Source of the DNA: an uncultured Flavobacteriales bacterium
GTDB taxonomy: Bacteria; Bacteroidota; Bacteroidia; AKYH767-A; 2013-40CM-41-45
Length of the DNA stretch: 64,000 nucleotides
Assembly: GCA_964355885.1 (NCBI GenBank)
Contig: CAYHFJ010000003.1
Coordinates: 2,391-66,390 of the forward strand
Direction of reading: 5' to 3'
The notes beneath the pieces were generated by a model that was not told the DNA's origin, made no database searches, and saw only the letters and a program-made list of their open reading frames with translations. A program made the position numbers and the translations under genes. Positions 9,358 to 18,573 of this stretch are shown here, one piece after another. Positions within the stretch are counted from its first letter, which is position 1. Each line of letters starts with the position of its first letter.

Positions 9358-11204
9358 AAACTTCAGAAATACCGGATTATTCGAAATTTAAAATCGGCAT
9401 TATCGGAATGGGACCCGTAGGATCCATTTTGGCGATGCATTTTCAAGATGCAGGTTGCGAAGTAATTATATGCGATAAGGATAAAATTAAAATGAATGTA
9501 TTCCGAAAAGAAGGCGTTTTTTTCGAAGGCATCATTGACAAACACATAACCTTTAAAAATATCATCACTGATGTTAAGGAATTTTCAAAATACGAACCGG
9601 ATATTTTAATTTTTGCTTTAAAGAGTTATCAAACTAAAGAATGCGCAAATGATGTGTTCTCTTTTTTCAATGAAGAAAAACAAGTTGTCGTTAGTGCACA
9701 AAACGGAATTGATACGGAAAATATCCTTACAGATATTTTTGGGGAAAGTAATGTATTAAGAATGGTCATCAACTTTGCCGGCAACATCATCGCATCTAAT
9801 CGAATCCGATACACTTTTTTCATCCCACCAAATTATATTGCTTCCATCGATGACAGTAAAACAAAACTTGCAATAGCTATCGCTGAGAGCTTGAATAATG
9901 CACAAGCGGACACAGAAGCCATATCGTCTTTTGAAATGATTAAAAAAGTATGGGAGAAAACGATTTTAAATTCTTCTTTGAGTGCATTATGTGGAATCGG
10001 AAGGATGACAATGAAGGATGCCATGGAAATTCCGGATACGGTTGAAATTATACAACAAGTAATTGAAGAAGCTGTTGAAGTGGCTGAAAAGGAAAAAATT
10101 TATTTTGAAGATGATTTCATTCGTAAATGTATCCGGTATCTAAAAAAGGCCGGGAACCACTTCCCTTCACTGGCAGTGGATCTTATGAATAATCGCCCAA
10201 CTGAAATTGATTATTTTAATGGAAAGATTGTTGAATACGGCAGAAAGCATTATATCCGCACCGCGCTGAACCTGTCCTTCACCAATATGGTAAGGGCAAT
10301 GTCTCAAAAGAGTACGAATGCAATGTTACATGCAAGTCCGGAATTGATTTTTAAAAAAAAATCAGACGTTGTTTCAAATGGAGCAAAGCCTGATGGCAAG
10401 AAATCAAAAAACCAAGCGGCTTATCTGGGGGTTGATTTGGGTTCCGCCTTCATGAAATTTTGTGTAATTGATGAAGATGAGAACGTATTATTTCAAACAG
10501 CGATAAAAACATTGAACCGCGAAAAAGTAGCCTTTAAACATGTGCTTGATGCCATACATACCGAATACAACATTCAGTCAAGCTGCGCGACGGGTTACGG
10601 GAGAAAATATTTCGTGGAAGCTGAGATGGTAAAGACAGAAATTAACTGTGCCAATGCAGGTGTCTCGAAATACCTCAGCGGGAAAAAATGCATCATAGAT
10701 ATAGGAGGGGAAGACATTAAAATAATCCATTGCGATGAAAACAACAATGTTGACAATTTTTATTTGAACGATAAATGTGCTGCAGGTACAGGTTCCTTCA
10801 TCACTGAAATAGCTGAAAGAGCTGAAGTCAATGTGAAAGAGATGAGCCAACTTGCCCGTCAATCAGAATTCAAAAAGGAACTGAATAGTTTTTGTACAGT
10901 TTTCGCAAAGACAGAAATCATGAGTTGGCTTTTTGAAGGAGTACCCCTACCGGATATCACTAAAGGAATTTATATATCTATCGCGAATCGGGTGTCAAAA
11001 ATGCGTTTGGATACCAGCGTTCCTATCGTGATGATCGGAGGCGTTATTGCACATCACCCCTATCTTAAAGAAATACTGGAAAAACGATTGAATACATCTA
11101 TTCACATCATTGACCAGCCACAATTTGTTGCTTCCTATGGCGCTGCGATTATTGCCAAAGAAAAAGAGAAAATGAAAACTACAGAAGACACAGAAATTTT
11201 ATAA
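9354..11204 (+). CDS. Fusion protein: N-terminal ketopantoate-reductase-like (ApbA/PanE) NAD(P)-oxidoreductase, C-terminal BcrAD_BadFG-type [4Fe-4S] activase ATPase
   Basis: 616 aa in one uninterrupted frame. N-terminal part (nt 9354 to ~10300): KIGIIGMGPVGSILAMHF Rossmann loop, SAQNGIDTEN, WEKTILNSSLSALCG and SLAVDLMNNRPTEIDYFNG. A Lys-rich linker follows. C-terminal part (nt ~10416-11204): AYLGVDLGSAFMKFCVID, IDIGGEDIKII, NDKCAAGTGSFITE, NSFCTVFAKTEI and MIGGVIAHH. Confidence 0.75.
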   Translation: MKTSEIPDYSKFKIGIIGMGPVGSILAMHFQDAGCEVIICDKDKIKMNVFRKEGVFFEGIIDKHITFKNIITDVKEFSKYEPDILIFALKSYQTKECANDVFSFFNEEKQVVVSAQNGIDTENILTDIFGESNVLRMVINFAGNIIASNRIRYTFFIPPNYIASIDDSKTKLAIAIAESLNNAQADTEAISSFEMIKKVWEKTILNSSLSALCGIGRMTMKDAMEIPDTVEIIQQVIEEAVEVAEKEKIYFEDDFIRKCIRYLKKAGNHFPSLAVDLMNNRPTEIDYFNGKIVEYGRKHYIRTALNLSFTNMVRAMSQKSTNAMLHASPELIFKKKSDVVSNGAKPDGKKSKNQAAYLGVDLGSAFMKFCVIDEDENVLFQTAIKTLNREKVAFKHVLDAIHTEYNIQSSCATGYGRKYFVEAEMVKTEINCANAGVSKYLSGKKCIIDIGGEDIKIIHCDENNNVDNFYLNDKCAAGTGSFITEIAERAEVNVKEMSQLARQSEFKKELNSFCTVFAKTEIMSWLFEGVPLPDITKGIYISIANRVSKMRLDTSVPIVMIGGVIAHHPYLKEILEKRLNTSIHIIDQPQFVASYGAAIIAKEKEKMKTTEDTEIL

Positions 11205-11210
11205 CAACTT

Positions 11211-12476
11211 ATGGTTAAAGGATTCTATAATAATACGAAGGGAATCGGGATTGTTTTTGAAGATACCTATCTTCTGAACGGTGCAAGAACGGCATTTGGG
11301 AAATACTGCGGAACTATATCACAGGTATCTCCGATTGATCTTGGGATATTTGCCAGTATAGCAGCAATAGAAAAATGCGGTATTCAGGCGCATGACATCA
11401 ATCAATCGATCATAGCGAATATTGGGCAGAGCTGTGGAGATGCTTATTTTTTACCAAGGTTTATCTCTCTTTATTCCGGTGTTCCTATAAGTGTTCCATC
11501 CTTAATGGTACAGAGAATTTGCGGATCCGGATTTGAAACCATTATTACAGCTTCAGAACAAATAATGCTCCAGAAGGGAGAAGTAATTCTTTGCTGTGGC
11601 ACGGAGAACATGTCGCTTTCGCCTACTGTCAGCTTTGGAAATCGAATGGGATATCCACTTGGAAAACCTGTATTCAAGGACATGCTATGGGAGGCCCTTG
11701 ATGATACTGCCGCCGGATATCCAATGGGATATACCGCTGAAAACGTGGCTACAAAACACCATATAAGCCGTCAGCAATGCGATGATTTCGCGGCACTTTC
11801 ATTTGACAGAGCTATGCAAGCAAAGGTCAATAAATTATTTGAAGAAGAAATCACCCCGGTAAACTCAAGAACCTTTGAAATAGATGGACTTCAACCAAGG
11901 AAAGTTAAATTACCTTCCGGAGCCGGCGTTTTTCAGTCAGATGAACATGTGCGCCAAACCAGTCTTGAAGCATTGGCAAAGCTGCCAACGGTTTTTTCAA
12001 AAATCGGCGTTCTTACCGCCGGTAATTGCAGTGGAATAGTTGATGGAGCTGCCAGTGTGATAGTAGGCACAAAAAAATATGCAGATAAAAATAAAATTAT
12101 ACCACTATCCAGAATCGTGGCGGCTGCAAGTTGCGGTATTGATCCAAAGATGATGGGATTGGGCCCTGTTCCCGCAATACGACTATTGCTTGAGTTAACC
12201 GGACTGAAAATAGAGGATATCGGCTTGTTTGAAATCAATGAAGCATTTTCCGCACAGATCATAGGTTGCGAAATAGAGTTAAACATTGACAGAAATAAAT
12301 TAAATGTAAACGGAGGAGCCATTGCCTTAGGGCATCCCCTTGCAGCCACTGGTACCAGACTTTCGCTCACCATTTCAAATGAAATGAAAAGAAGAAATAT
12401 TAAATATGGAATTGCTTCAGCTTGTATTGGTGGCGGACAAGGAACAGCTATTCTCTTTGAAAATATAACTATCTAA
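11211..12476 (+). CDS. Acetyl-CoA C-acyltransferase (thiolase II family)
   Basis: 421 aa. Motifs VQRICGSGFETI (nucleophile Cys), NVNGGAIALGHPLAATG and ASACIGGGQGTAILFE. Confidence 0.85.
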   Translation: MVKGFYNNTKGIGIVFEDTYLLNGARTAFGKYCGTISQVSPIDLGIFASIAAIEKCGIQAHDINQSIIANIGQSCGDAYFLPRFISLYSGVPISVPSLMVQRICGSGFETIITASEQIMLQKGEVILCCGTENMSLSPTVSFGNRMGYPLGKPVFKDMLWEALDDTAAGYPMGYTAENVATKHHISRQQCDDFAALSFDRAMQAKVNKLFEEEITPVNSRTFEIDGLQPRKVKLPSGAGVFQSDEHVRQTSLEALAKLPTVFSKIGVLTAGNCSGIVDGAASVIVGTKKYADKNKIIPLSRIVAAASCGIDPKMMGLGPVPAIRLLLELTGLKIEDIGLFEINEAFSAQIIGCEIELNIDRNKLNVNGGAIALGHPLAATGTRLSLTISNEMKRRNIKYGIASACIGGGQGTAILFENITI

Positions 12477-12478
12477 AA

Positions 12479-13540
12479 ATGAAAAATCAGATTTATCAAT
12501 GGCAAATGACAGAACCTGGAAAGCTGTTTGAGTTGATAAAAATACAATTTCCGGAATTAAAAGAAGACGAAGCATTGGTAAAAATTGCCGGTTGTGGAGT
12601 ATGTCACACTGACGTGAGTTTCTGGCATTCAGGTGTGAAAACAAAACATGCCTTACCTCTAACGCTTGGACATGAAATTAGTGGAACTGTATTGGAAGGC
12701 CCTCCGGCATTGAAAGGAAAAAATGTGATTGTTCCTGCGGTTCTTCCTTGTGGTGAATGTGAACTATGCAAAAATGGGAGAAGCAATATCTGTAGAAACC
12801 AGAAAATGCCAGGCAACGATTTTCATGGAGGATTTGCATCCCATATTGTTGTTCCACATCGCTATTTGTGTACTGTTCCGGATGCGATATTGAAAAAATA
12901 TTCATTGGAACAACTGGCCGTTATAGCCGATGCAATATCAACACCCTATCAGGTAATTAAAAAGTCTGAATTGGAGAAAGGTGATCTTGCCATCATCATT
13001 GGAGTTGGTGGTGTCGGAGTTTATGGCGCCTTGTTGGCAAAAATCAAAGGAGCGAAAGTAATCGCCCTTGATATTGATGATAAAAAATTAAATAGAGCAA
13101 AAGAGCATAATATTGACGCGGTACTAAACACCAAAGGGTTGGAATTAAAATCCATCAAATCAAAAATAAGAGATCTGGCAAAGGAAATTGGAGCTCCTGA
13201 TTATTCTTGGAAAATATTTGAATTTTCCGGCACAAGGGCCGGCCAGGATCTTGCATTTAATTTAATCACCTATGCCTCCACTCTTTCCATTGTTGGATTT
13301 ACAATGGATAAGCTGGAACTGCGCTTAAGCAATCTGATGGCCTTCGACGCTAAACTTATCGGAACATGGGGTTGTAAGCCGGAGTTGTACCCGGAAGTAC
13401 TTGCACTCATCGCGGATGACAAACTAAAAATAGATCAGTTTGTACAAACCATTCCCATGTCAAAAATAAATGAAGTATTTCAAAATACACTGGAGCATCA
13501 TTACATTATGCGTCCGGTTTTAATTCCTGATTTTGTTTAA
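12479..13540 (+). CDS. had: Zn-dependent medium-chain alcohol dehydrogenase; by context 6-hydroxycyclohex-1-ene-1-carbonyl-CoA dehydrogenase (Had-like)
   Basis: 353 aa. Motifs GCGVCHTDVSFWH, GHEISGTV, structural Zn site CGECELCKNGRSNIC and IIGVGGVGVYG. Immediately upstream of the Oah-like gene. Confidence 0.6.
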   Translation: MKNQIYQWQMTEPGKLFELIKIQFPELKEDEALVKIAGCGVCHTDVSFWHSGVKTKHALPLTLGHEISGTVLEGPPALKGKNVIVPAVLPCGECELCKNGRSNICRNQKMPGNDFHGGFASHIVVPHRYLCTVPDAILKKYSLEQLAVIADAISTPYQVIKKSELEKGDLAIIIGVGGVGVYGALLAKIKGAKVIALDIDDKKLNRAKEHNIDAVLNTKGLELKSIKSKIRDLAKEIGAPDYSWKIFEFSGTRAGQDLAFNLITYASTLSIVGFTMDKLELRLSNLMAFDAKLIGTWGCKPELYPEVLALIADDKLKIDQFVQTIPMSKINEVFQNTLEHHYIMRPVLIPDFV

Positions 13541-13551
13541 AATAAAACTGC

Positions 13552-14667
13552 ATGAAAACATTAAACAACCACAATCTTATTGACACTACTTACACGGATA
13601 TTATTTATGAAAAAAAACCCTGCCTTGAATCAGACGGGAGTCAAGTTAATGGGCTGTTTAATGTATGGATATATCTAAATAACCCAAAGCAATTCAACTC
13701 TTACACCACAAGAGCGGTCAAAGAAATAATTCTGGCATTCAGGCAGGCATCCAATGACCGCAGTGTCGTCGCGGTAGTATTCACAGCGGTTGGCGACAGA
13801 GCATTCTGCACCGGAGGGAATACGAAGGAGTATGCCGAGTACTATTCAGGAAATCCACAAGAATACTCTCAGTATATGCGTTTATTCAATGACATGGTGA
13901 GTACAATTTTATTTTGTGAGAAACCGGTCATATGCCGGGTGAATGGAATGCGTATCGCCGGAGGGCAAGAAATCGGAATGGCGGCGGATTTCACAATAGC
14001 CACCGATTTAGCCAGATTCGGTCAGGCTGGTCCAAAACATGGAAGTGCGGCGATTGGAGGTGCCACTGATTTCCTTCATCTATTTGTTGGAATAGAAAGA
14101 GCCATGCAGTCGTTAACACTTTGCGAACCTTGGTCAGCACATCAGGCATATATGTATGGCCTTATATCCGAAGTAGTTCCTGCATTGAAAGTTGCCGGAA
14201 AGTTTATCCCCAATCCACTAGTTATATCCGATCGATGGATAGATGAATATGGAAAAATCATATTTGGCGCTTCAAAGACAGGAGAAGCACTTTCTAAAGG
14301 AAAAGAGGTAATGGCCATGGGTGAGATTGATCTTTCACTTCTGGATGAAGCGGTAAATAAATTAATAACAAAACTTCTTTATACATTTCCCAATTGCACC
14401 AATAAAACTATTAGTGAGTTAAGAAAAAAGAAGCTTGAACATTGGGATAAAAATAAAGAAAATAGCCGGGAGTGGCTTGCATTGAATATGATGACAGAAG
14501 CCAAAGCGGGTTTCAGAGCATTCAACGAAGGGCCTAAAGATAATCGCGAAGTTGACTTTGTTAAACTACGCCAATTACTTTCAGAAGGGAAAGAATGGAA
14601 TGATGAAATGATCAAAAATATATCTCCACAGTATAAAATGAAAAAGAATGAAATTGGAAAAAATTAA
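13552..14667 (+). CDS. oah: 6-oxocyclohex-1-ene-1-carbonyl-CoA hydrolase (ring-cleaving crotonase, Oah/BamA-like)
   Basis: 371 aa, the long crotonase form. QFNSYTT (nt 13690-13710) and GQEIGM (nt 13963-13980) correspond to the peptide stretches encoded by the standard degenerate bamA marker primers (QYNSYTT and GQEIGM, recalled from memory). Also AFCTGGNTKEY. Confidence 0.7.
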   Translation: MKTLNNHNLIDTTYTDIIYEKKPCLESDGSQVNGLFNVWIYLNNPKQFNSYTTRAVKEIILAFRQASNDRSVVAVVFTAVGDRAFCTGGNTKEYAEYYSGNPQEYSQYMRLFNDMVSTILFCEKPVICRVNGMRIAGGQEIGMAADFTIATDLARFGQAGPKHGSAAIGGATDFLHLFVGIERAMQSLTLCEPWSAHQAYMYGLISEVVPALKVAGKFIPNPLVISDRWIDEYGKIIFGASKTGEALSKGKEVMAMGEIDLSLLDEAVNKLITKLLYTFPNCTNKTISELRKKKLEHWDKNKENSREWLALNMMTEAKAGFRAFNEGPKDNREVDFVKLRQLLSEGKEWNDEMIKNISPQYKMKKNEIGKN

Positions 14668-15427
14668 ATTCGAATATCAACATAATGGCGAAGTTGCTCA
14701 AATAATTCTGAATGATGGTAAAGGGAATGTTCTTGACTCCATCATGATGGATGAACTATCATTCGTTTTACAAACTATCAAAGAAAAAAAAGAGGTCAAA
14801 CTTATTACTTTTGAAGGTTCCGGAAAACACTATTCGTATGGAGCAAGTGTAGAAGAGCACAAAAAAGATTCTGCACCAACAATGATTCGTTCGTTTCATC
14901 AACTATTTTATGCATTAAAACTTTTATCCATACCTACGCTTTCGAAAATTAGTGGAAATTGTTTAGGCGGAGGAATGGAGCTGGCAATTATGTGCAATTT
15001 TATTTTTGCCGATAAAACCGCCAAACTTGGACAACCAGAAATTATACTTGGTGTTTTCCCGCCCCCAGCCTCTATCATTCTTCCAGAAAAAATTGGCTTA
15101 GCCAGAGCGGAAGAGATATTGCTTACAGGTAAAATCTACTCTGCCGAAGAAACAAAAACCATGGGATTAGTAAATGAGGTTCTGGAAAACAAAGCGGCTC
15201 TGGACGATTATGCCGAAAATTGGATTGTCCAGCACATACTGCCTAAAAGTGCATCCTCTTTAAGGTATGCTGTAAAGGCATCCAGAATGAAATTTAATCA
15301 CCTTCTTACTAATTTTTTACCTCAACTGGAAGATTTATACTTAAAACAACTAATGCAAACAAATGATGCCAATGAAGGAATTAATTCCTTTCTGGAAAAA
15401 AGAAAAGCGGTTTGGGAGAATTGTTAA
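14648..15427 (+). CDS. dch: Enoyl-CoA hydratase family; by context cyclohexa-1,5-diene-1-carbonyl-CoA hydratase (Dch-like)
   Basis: 259 aa crotonase fold (FEGSGKHYSYGASVEE, GNCLGGGMELAIMCNFIFA). 20-nt overlap with the oah-like gene. Confidence 0.55.
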   Translation: MKLEKIKFEYQHNGEVAQIILNDGKGNVLDSIMMDELSFVLQTIKEKKEVKLITFEGSGKHYSYGASVEEHKKDSAPTMIRSFHQLFYALKLLSIPTLSKISGNCLGGGMELAIMCNFIFADKTAKLGQPEIILGVFPPPASIILPEKIGLARAEEILLTGKIYSAEETKTMGLVNEVLENKAALDDYAENWIVQHILPKSASSLRYAVKASRMKFNHLLTNFLPQLEDLYLKQLMQTNDANEGINSFLEKRKAVWENC

Positions 15428-15437
15428 ATCAACTATA

Positions 15438-17429
15438 ATGAAAAACATAAAAACAATAGGTGTAATAGGTGCCGGAAAAATGGGATCCGCCCTCGCGCAA
15501 AAATTTGCACAGGAAAATTTCAACGTCATACTGTGTGACCAAACCAATGTATTAGTAGAAACTGGATTAGGAAGTATAACAACTTCGTTTAATGAAGGTG
15601 TGGAAAAGCAAGTGTTCAGCAAGGAACAGATTACCGGATATTTATCTAAGCTGCATGGCACAATTGATCTGAAGGAATTACATGTTTGTGATTTAATAAT
15701 TGAAGCTATTTATGAAGATTTTAAAGCTAAATCGGAATTATTCAAAAGGCTGGAAAAAATTATTACTAAAGAAACAATATTAGCGACAAACACATCCTCC
15801 TTCTCTGTTACGGAATTATCCGGCGAATTAAATCACCCCGAAAGATTCATTGGATTACATTATTTCTACCATGCCGCCAAAAACCGGTTGGTGGAAATTA
15901 TTCCAGGGAAACTTACGAATCAGGAAACTTACGAATCCGCCAAAGCATTTTCTGTTCTATCGGGAAAGGATGCTATTATCAGCAAGGATTCATATGGCTT
16001 CATTGTAAACAGATATTTTGTACCATGGCTTAACGAAGCTACAAGAATGCTCGAAGAAAACCTGACAAACATCCCAACTATTGAAGATGTCTGTATTAAA
16101 GTTTTTGGCATAGGCATGGGTCCCTTTGCATTGATGAACGCAACCGGCATCCCGGTGGCATACCATTCGCAAAAAACATTGGAATCACTCGGATCGTTTT
16201 ATACTGTTTCAAAGAAATTAAAATCGCAATCAGATTCTAAACAAGAATGGAATCTGGAAGGAAAGATTTCCGAGGAAGTCAGTATAAGGAATACTGTTAA
16301 GGAGCGAATGTTAGGTGTAATTTTTCTGATTTGCTCTCAATTACTGGATGAAAAAGTATGCTCTGCAACCGACATAAACAGAGGCAGCAGAATTGGTTTA
16401 AAATGGAAGAAAGGGCCAGTGGAGCTAATGAGTCAGACCGGGGAAGAGGAAGTAAAACAATTAATTGGGCAGATTGCAAAGAAATATAAAATGGAGTTGC
16501 CAAAATCCATAGGAGAAAAATTTTGGCACATGGAATCAGTGACACTGGAAAAAAATAAAAACATTGCAGTTATCACGATGAATCAACCTGAAAATCTAAA
16601 TGCCTTATGTGAAAAATCAATGCAACAATTGCATGAAAATTTTTCATTGGCTGATAATGACGATACAATCGACACTATTTTTATAACAGGATCTGGAAAA
16701 ACATTTGTTGCAGGTGCTGATATCAAGTTTTTCATAAATAAAATTAAATCGAATCAAATTCAAGATATCATAGCCTTTACCCACTACGGACAAAAAATAT
16801 TTGATGCAATTGACAAATCACGTAAAAATGTTGTTGCTGTTCTCAACGGTCCAACTTTAGGAGGAGGCCTTGAATTAGCACTGTGTGCAGACATGATAAT
16901 CGCTACCCCTAAAGCGACTTTAGCCTTTCCAGAAACAGGAATAGGAATCTTTCCGGGATTATGCGGCACATACCGTGCTCAGAAAAAAATTGGTAAAGGA
17001 CTGGCAAAATATCTGGTTATGACGGGTAAAATGCTGAATGCAAGTGACGCCCAAACAATTGGGCTTGTGGACGCAATTGTTGATCCGGCAGAAGCTATGC
17101 TCTTTATGAATGGATCACAAAAGCTACCACGAAAAGAGTCTAAAAAGTTAACTGCCCAATGGGATACTATCCGTACTATTTTTGAGAACCAAACTATAAA
17201 CGAACTGATTGATGCTGCTGATTTAAGTAAAAATTCAGAAGTTATTACTAACATAGCACATATCCTGAAACAAAAAGCGCCTCTTGCGTTAAAGATTACT
17301 GAACAACTCATGGAAGAAAGTAAGCGGCCTTGCAGTGACTTAGAAAATATTCGAATGATATTCAGCACAGAGGATGCCTTGCTTGGATTAAGTAATATTG
17401 GAAAACAAGTACATTTTTCATCGAAATGA
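15438..17429 (+). CDS. Bifunctional 3-hydroxyacyl-CoA dehydrogenase (N-terminal) / enoyl-CoA hydratase (C-terminal)
   Basis: Start chosen at MKNIKTIGVIGAGKMGSALAQKF (ATG 15438), because the ORF-track start at 15363 overlaps dch. NTSSFSV lies in the dehydrogenase half. ITGSGKTFVAGADIKFF and LNGPTLGGGLELALCADMIIA lie in the C-terminal crotonase half. Confidence 0.8.
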   Translation: MKNIKTIGVIGAGKMGSALAQKFAQENFNVILCDQTNVLVETGLGSITTSFNEGVEKQVFSKEQITGYLSKLHGTIDLKELHVCDLIIEAIYEDFKAKSELFKRLEKIITKETILATNTSSFSVTELSGELNHPERFIGLHYFYHAAKNRLVEIIPGKLTNQETYESAKAFSVLSGKDAIISKDSYGFIVNRYFVPWLNEATRMLEENLTNIPTIEDVCIKVFGIGMGPFALMNATGIPVAYHSQKTLESLGSFYTVSKKLKSQSDSKQEWNLEGKISEEVSIRNTVKERMLGVIFLICSQLLDEKVCSATDINRGSRIGLKWKKGPVELMSQTGEEEVKQLIGQIAKKYKMELPKSIGEKFWHMESVTLEKNKNIAVITMNQPENLNALCEKSMQQLHENFSLADNDDTIDTIFITGSGKTFVAGADIKFFINKIKSNQIQDIIAFTHYGQKIFDAIDKSRKNVVAVLNGPTLGGGLELALCADMIIATPKATLAFPETGIGIFPGLCGTYRAQKKIGKGLAKYLVMTGKMLNASDAQTIGLVDAIVDPAEAMLFMNGSQKLPRKESKKLTAQWDTIRTIFENQTINELIDAADLSKNSEVITNIAHILKQKAPLALKITEQLMEESKRPCSDLENIRMIFSTEDALLGLSNIGKQVHFSSK

Positions 17430-18040
17430 TTTCTGATTCAAAAACATCAGCGCTAATTCTTGCGGCAGGAAACTCTTCCAGAATGAGAACCCAGAAAGCA
17501 CTTCTCCGATTTGAAGACGAAAACACTTTTCTCGAAAACACAATTGAAACTTATATTCGATTTGGAGTTGAACAGCTCGGAGTTGTCGTCTCTCCCCTAT
17601 TGGCACAACAAATCCCCACTAAAATCAAGTCGGCTTTAAGACATCCCAACGTTCTTCTAATAATCAATGAATCTCCTGAAAAGGGGCGATTCTCCTCTAT
17701 AAAATTAGGTCTTTCCGCCTTGAAAGATTGCGACTATTGTTTTCTGCAAAACATTGACAACCCTTTCATTGATCAATATTTACTAAACATAATTTACGAA
17801 TACAAAAATAAGGGTGGATATACAGTGCCCTATTTTAATGATAAAGGTGGCCACCCTATTTTAATTTCAAATAAAATTATTACATACATAAAAAGAACTC
17901 CTGACCACAATATAAATTTGAGACATCTGCTAACCCTGTTTCAAAAGGTTATTGTAAACACAGGCGACCATAAAATTCTCGCGAACATCAACTCACCACT
18001 TGATTATAAGTACTATTTTCAAACAGTAAAATTAACATAA
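17426..18040 (+). CDS. MobA/MocA-like molybdenum-cofactor nucleotidyltransferase
   Basis: 204 aa. Motifs ALILAAGNSSRM...KALL and KGGHPILI. ATGA overlap with the upstream gene. Confidence 0.6.
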   Translation: MISDSKTSALILAAGNSSRMRTQKALLRFEDENTFLENTIETYIRFGVEQLGVVVSPLLAQQIPTKIKSALRHPNVLLIINESPEKGRFSSIKLGLSALKDCDYCFLQNIDNPFIDQYLLNIIYEYKNKGGYTVPYFNDKGGHPILISNKIITYIKRTPDHNINLRHLLTLFQKVIVNTGDHKILANINSPLDYKYYFQTVKLT

Positions 18041-18042
18041 GC

Positions 18043-18573
18043 ATGCACTCCAAAGCCATAGAATTAATGTATCATGAGCATGATATTATTTTAAAGGCCA
18101 TCTCACAACTAAAACAAATCCTGTCAACTGATGATTTAGTTTCTGGTGCAGGAAAAATCCAGTGGTACATTAAATTCTTCAAAGAGTATGGGGACAACTT
18201 TCATCATCGTAAAGAGGAAGATATTCTTTTCAACATACTTGGGAGCAAAAACGAAATGCTCGCCGGTGGTTTAGTGGATGAATTAACAGATCATCATAGT
18301 CAATTTCGCCACGCCTTAGGCGAATCGGAAATATTCTTACAAAATTCCGACTTAAAAAACGCGAAGAAAACACTAATGGCCTACATGAACGACCTGACGG
18401 ATCACATTGGAGCAGAAAACGATGAATTATTTGTAAGCGCGGAAATGATACTGAATGAAAGCGAAAAAGAAAAGCTTTATTTCTTGTTTATGGATAGTGA
18501 TAATGAATTAAATACTGAAACAAAAAAAGATTTCGAAAATTTAATTTTGAACCCCCACTACATATATGAATAA
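18043..18573 (+). CDS. Hemerythrin-like (HHE cation-binding) domain protein
   Basis: 176 aa with spaced His/Glu motifs HEHD, HHRKEEDILF, DHHSQF and DHIGAENDELF. Confidence 0.6.
   Translation: MHSKAIELMYHEHDIILKAISQLKQILSTDDLVSGAGKIQWYIKFFKEYGDNFHHRKEEDILFNILGSKNEMLAGGLVDELTDHHSQFRHALGESEIFLQNSDLKNAKKTLMAYMNDLTDHIGAENDELFVSAEMILNESEKEKLYFLFMDSDNELNTETKKDFENLILNPHYIYE

Noticed and set aside
15363-15437. N-terminal extensions offered by the ORF track: 15363 for the dehydrogenase fusion, 45038 for the adhesin, 57332 for greA and 53724 for the permease.
   Set aside because: Each extension overlaps the upstream gene or precedes an obvious signal peptide or conserved N-terminus. Internal ATGs at 15438, 44963, 57296 and 53664 give canonical starts.
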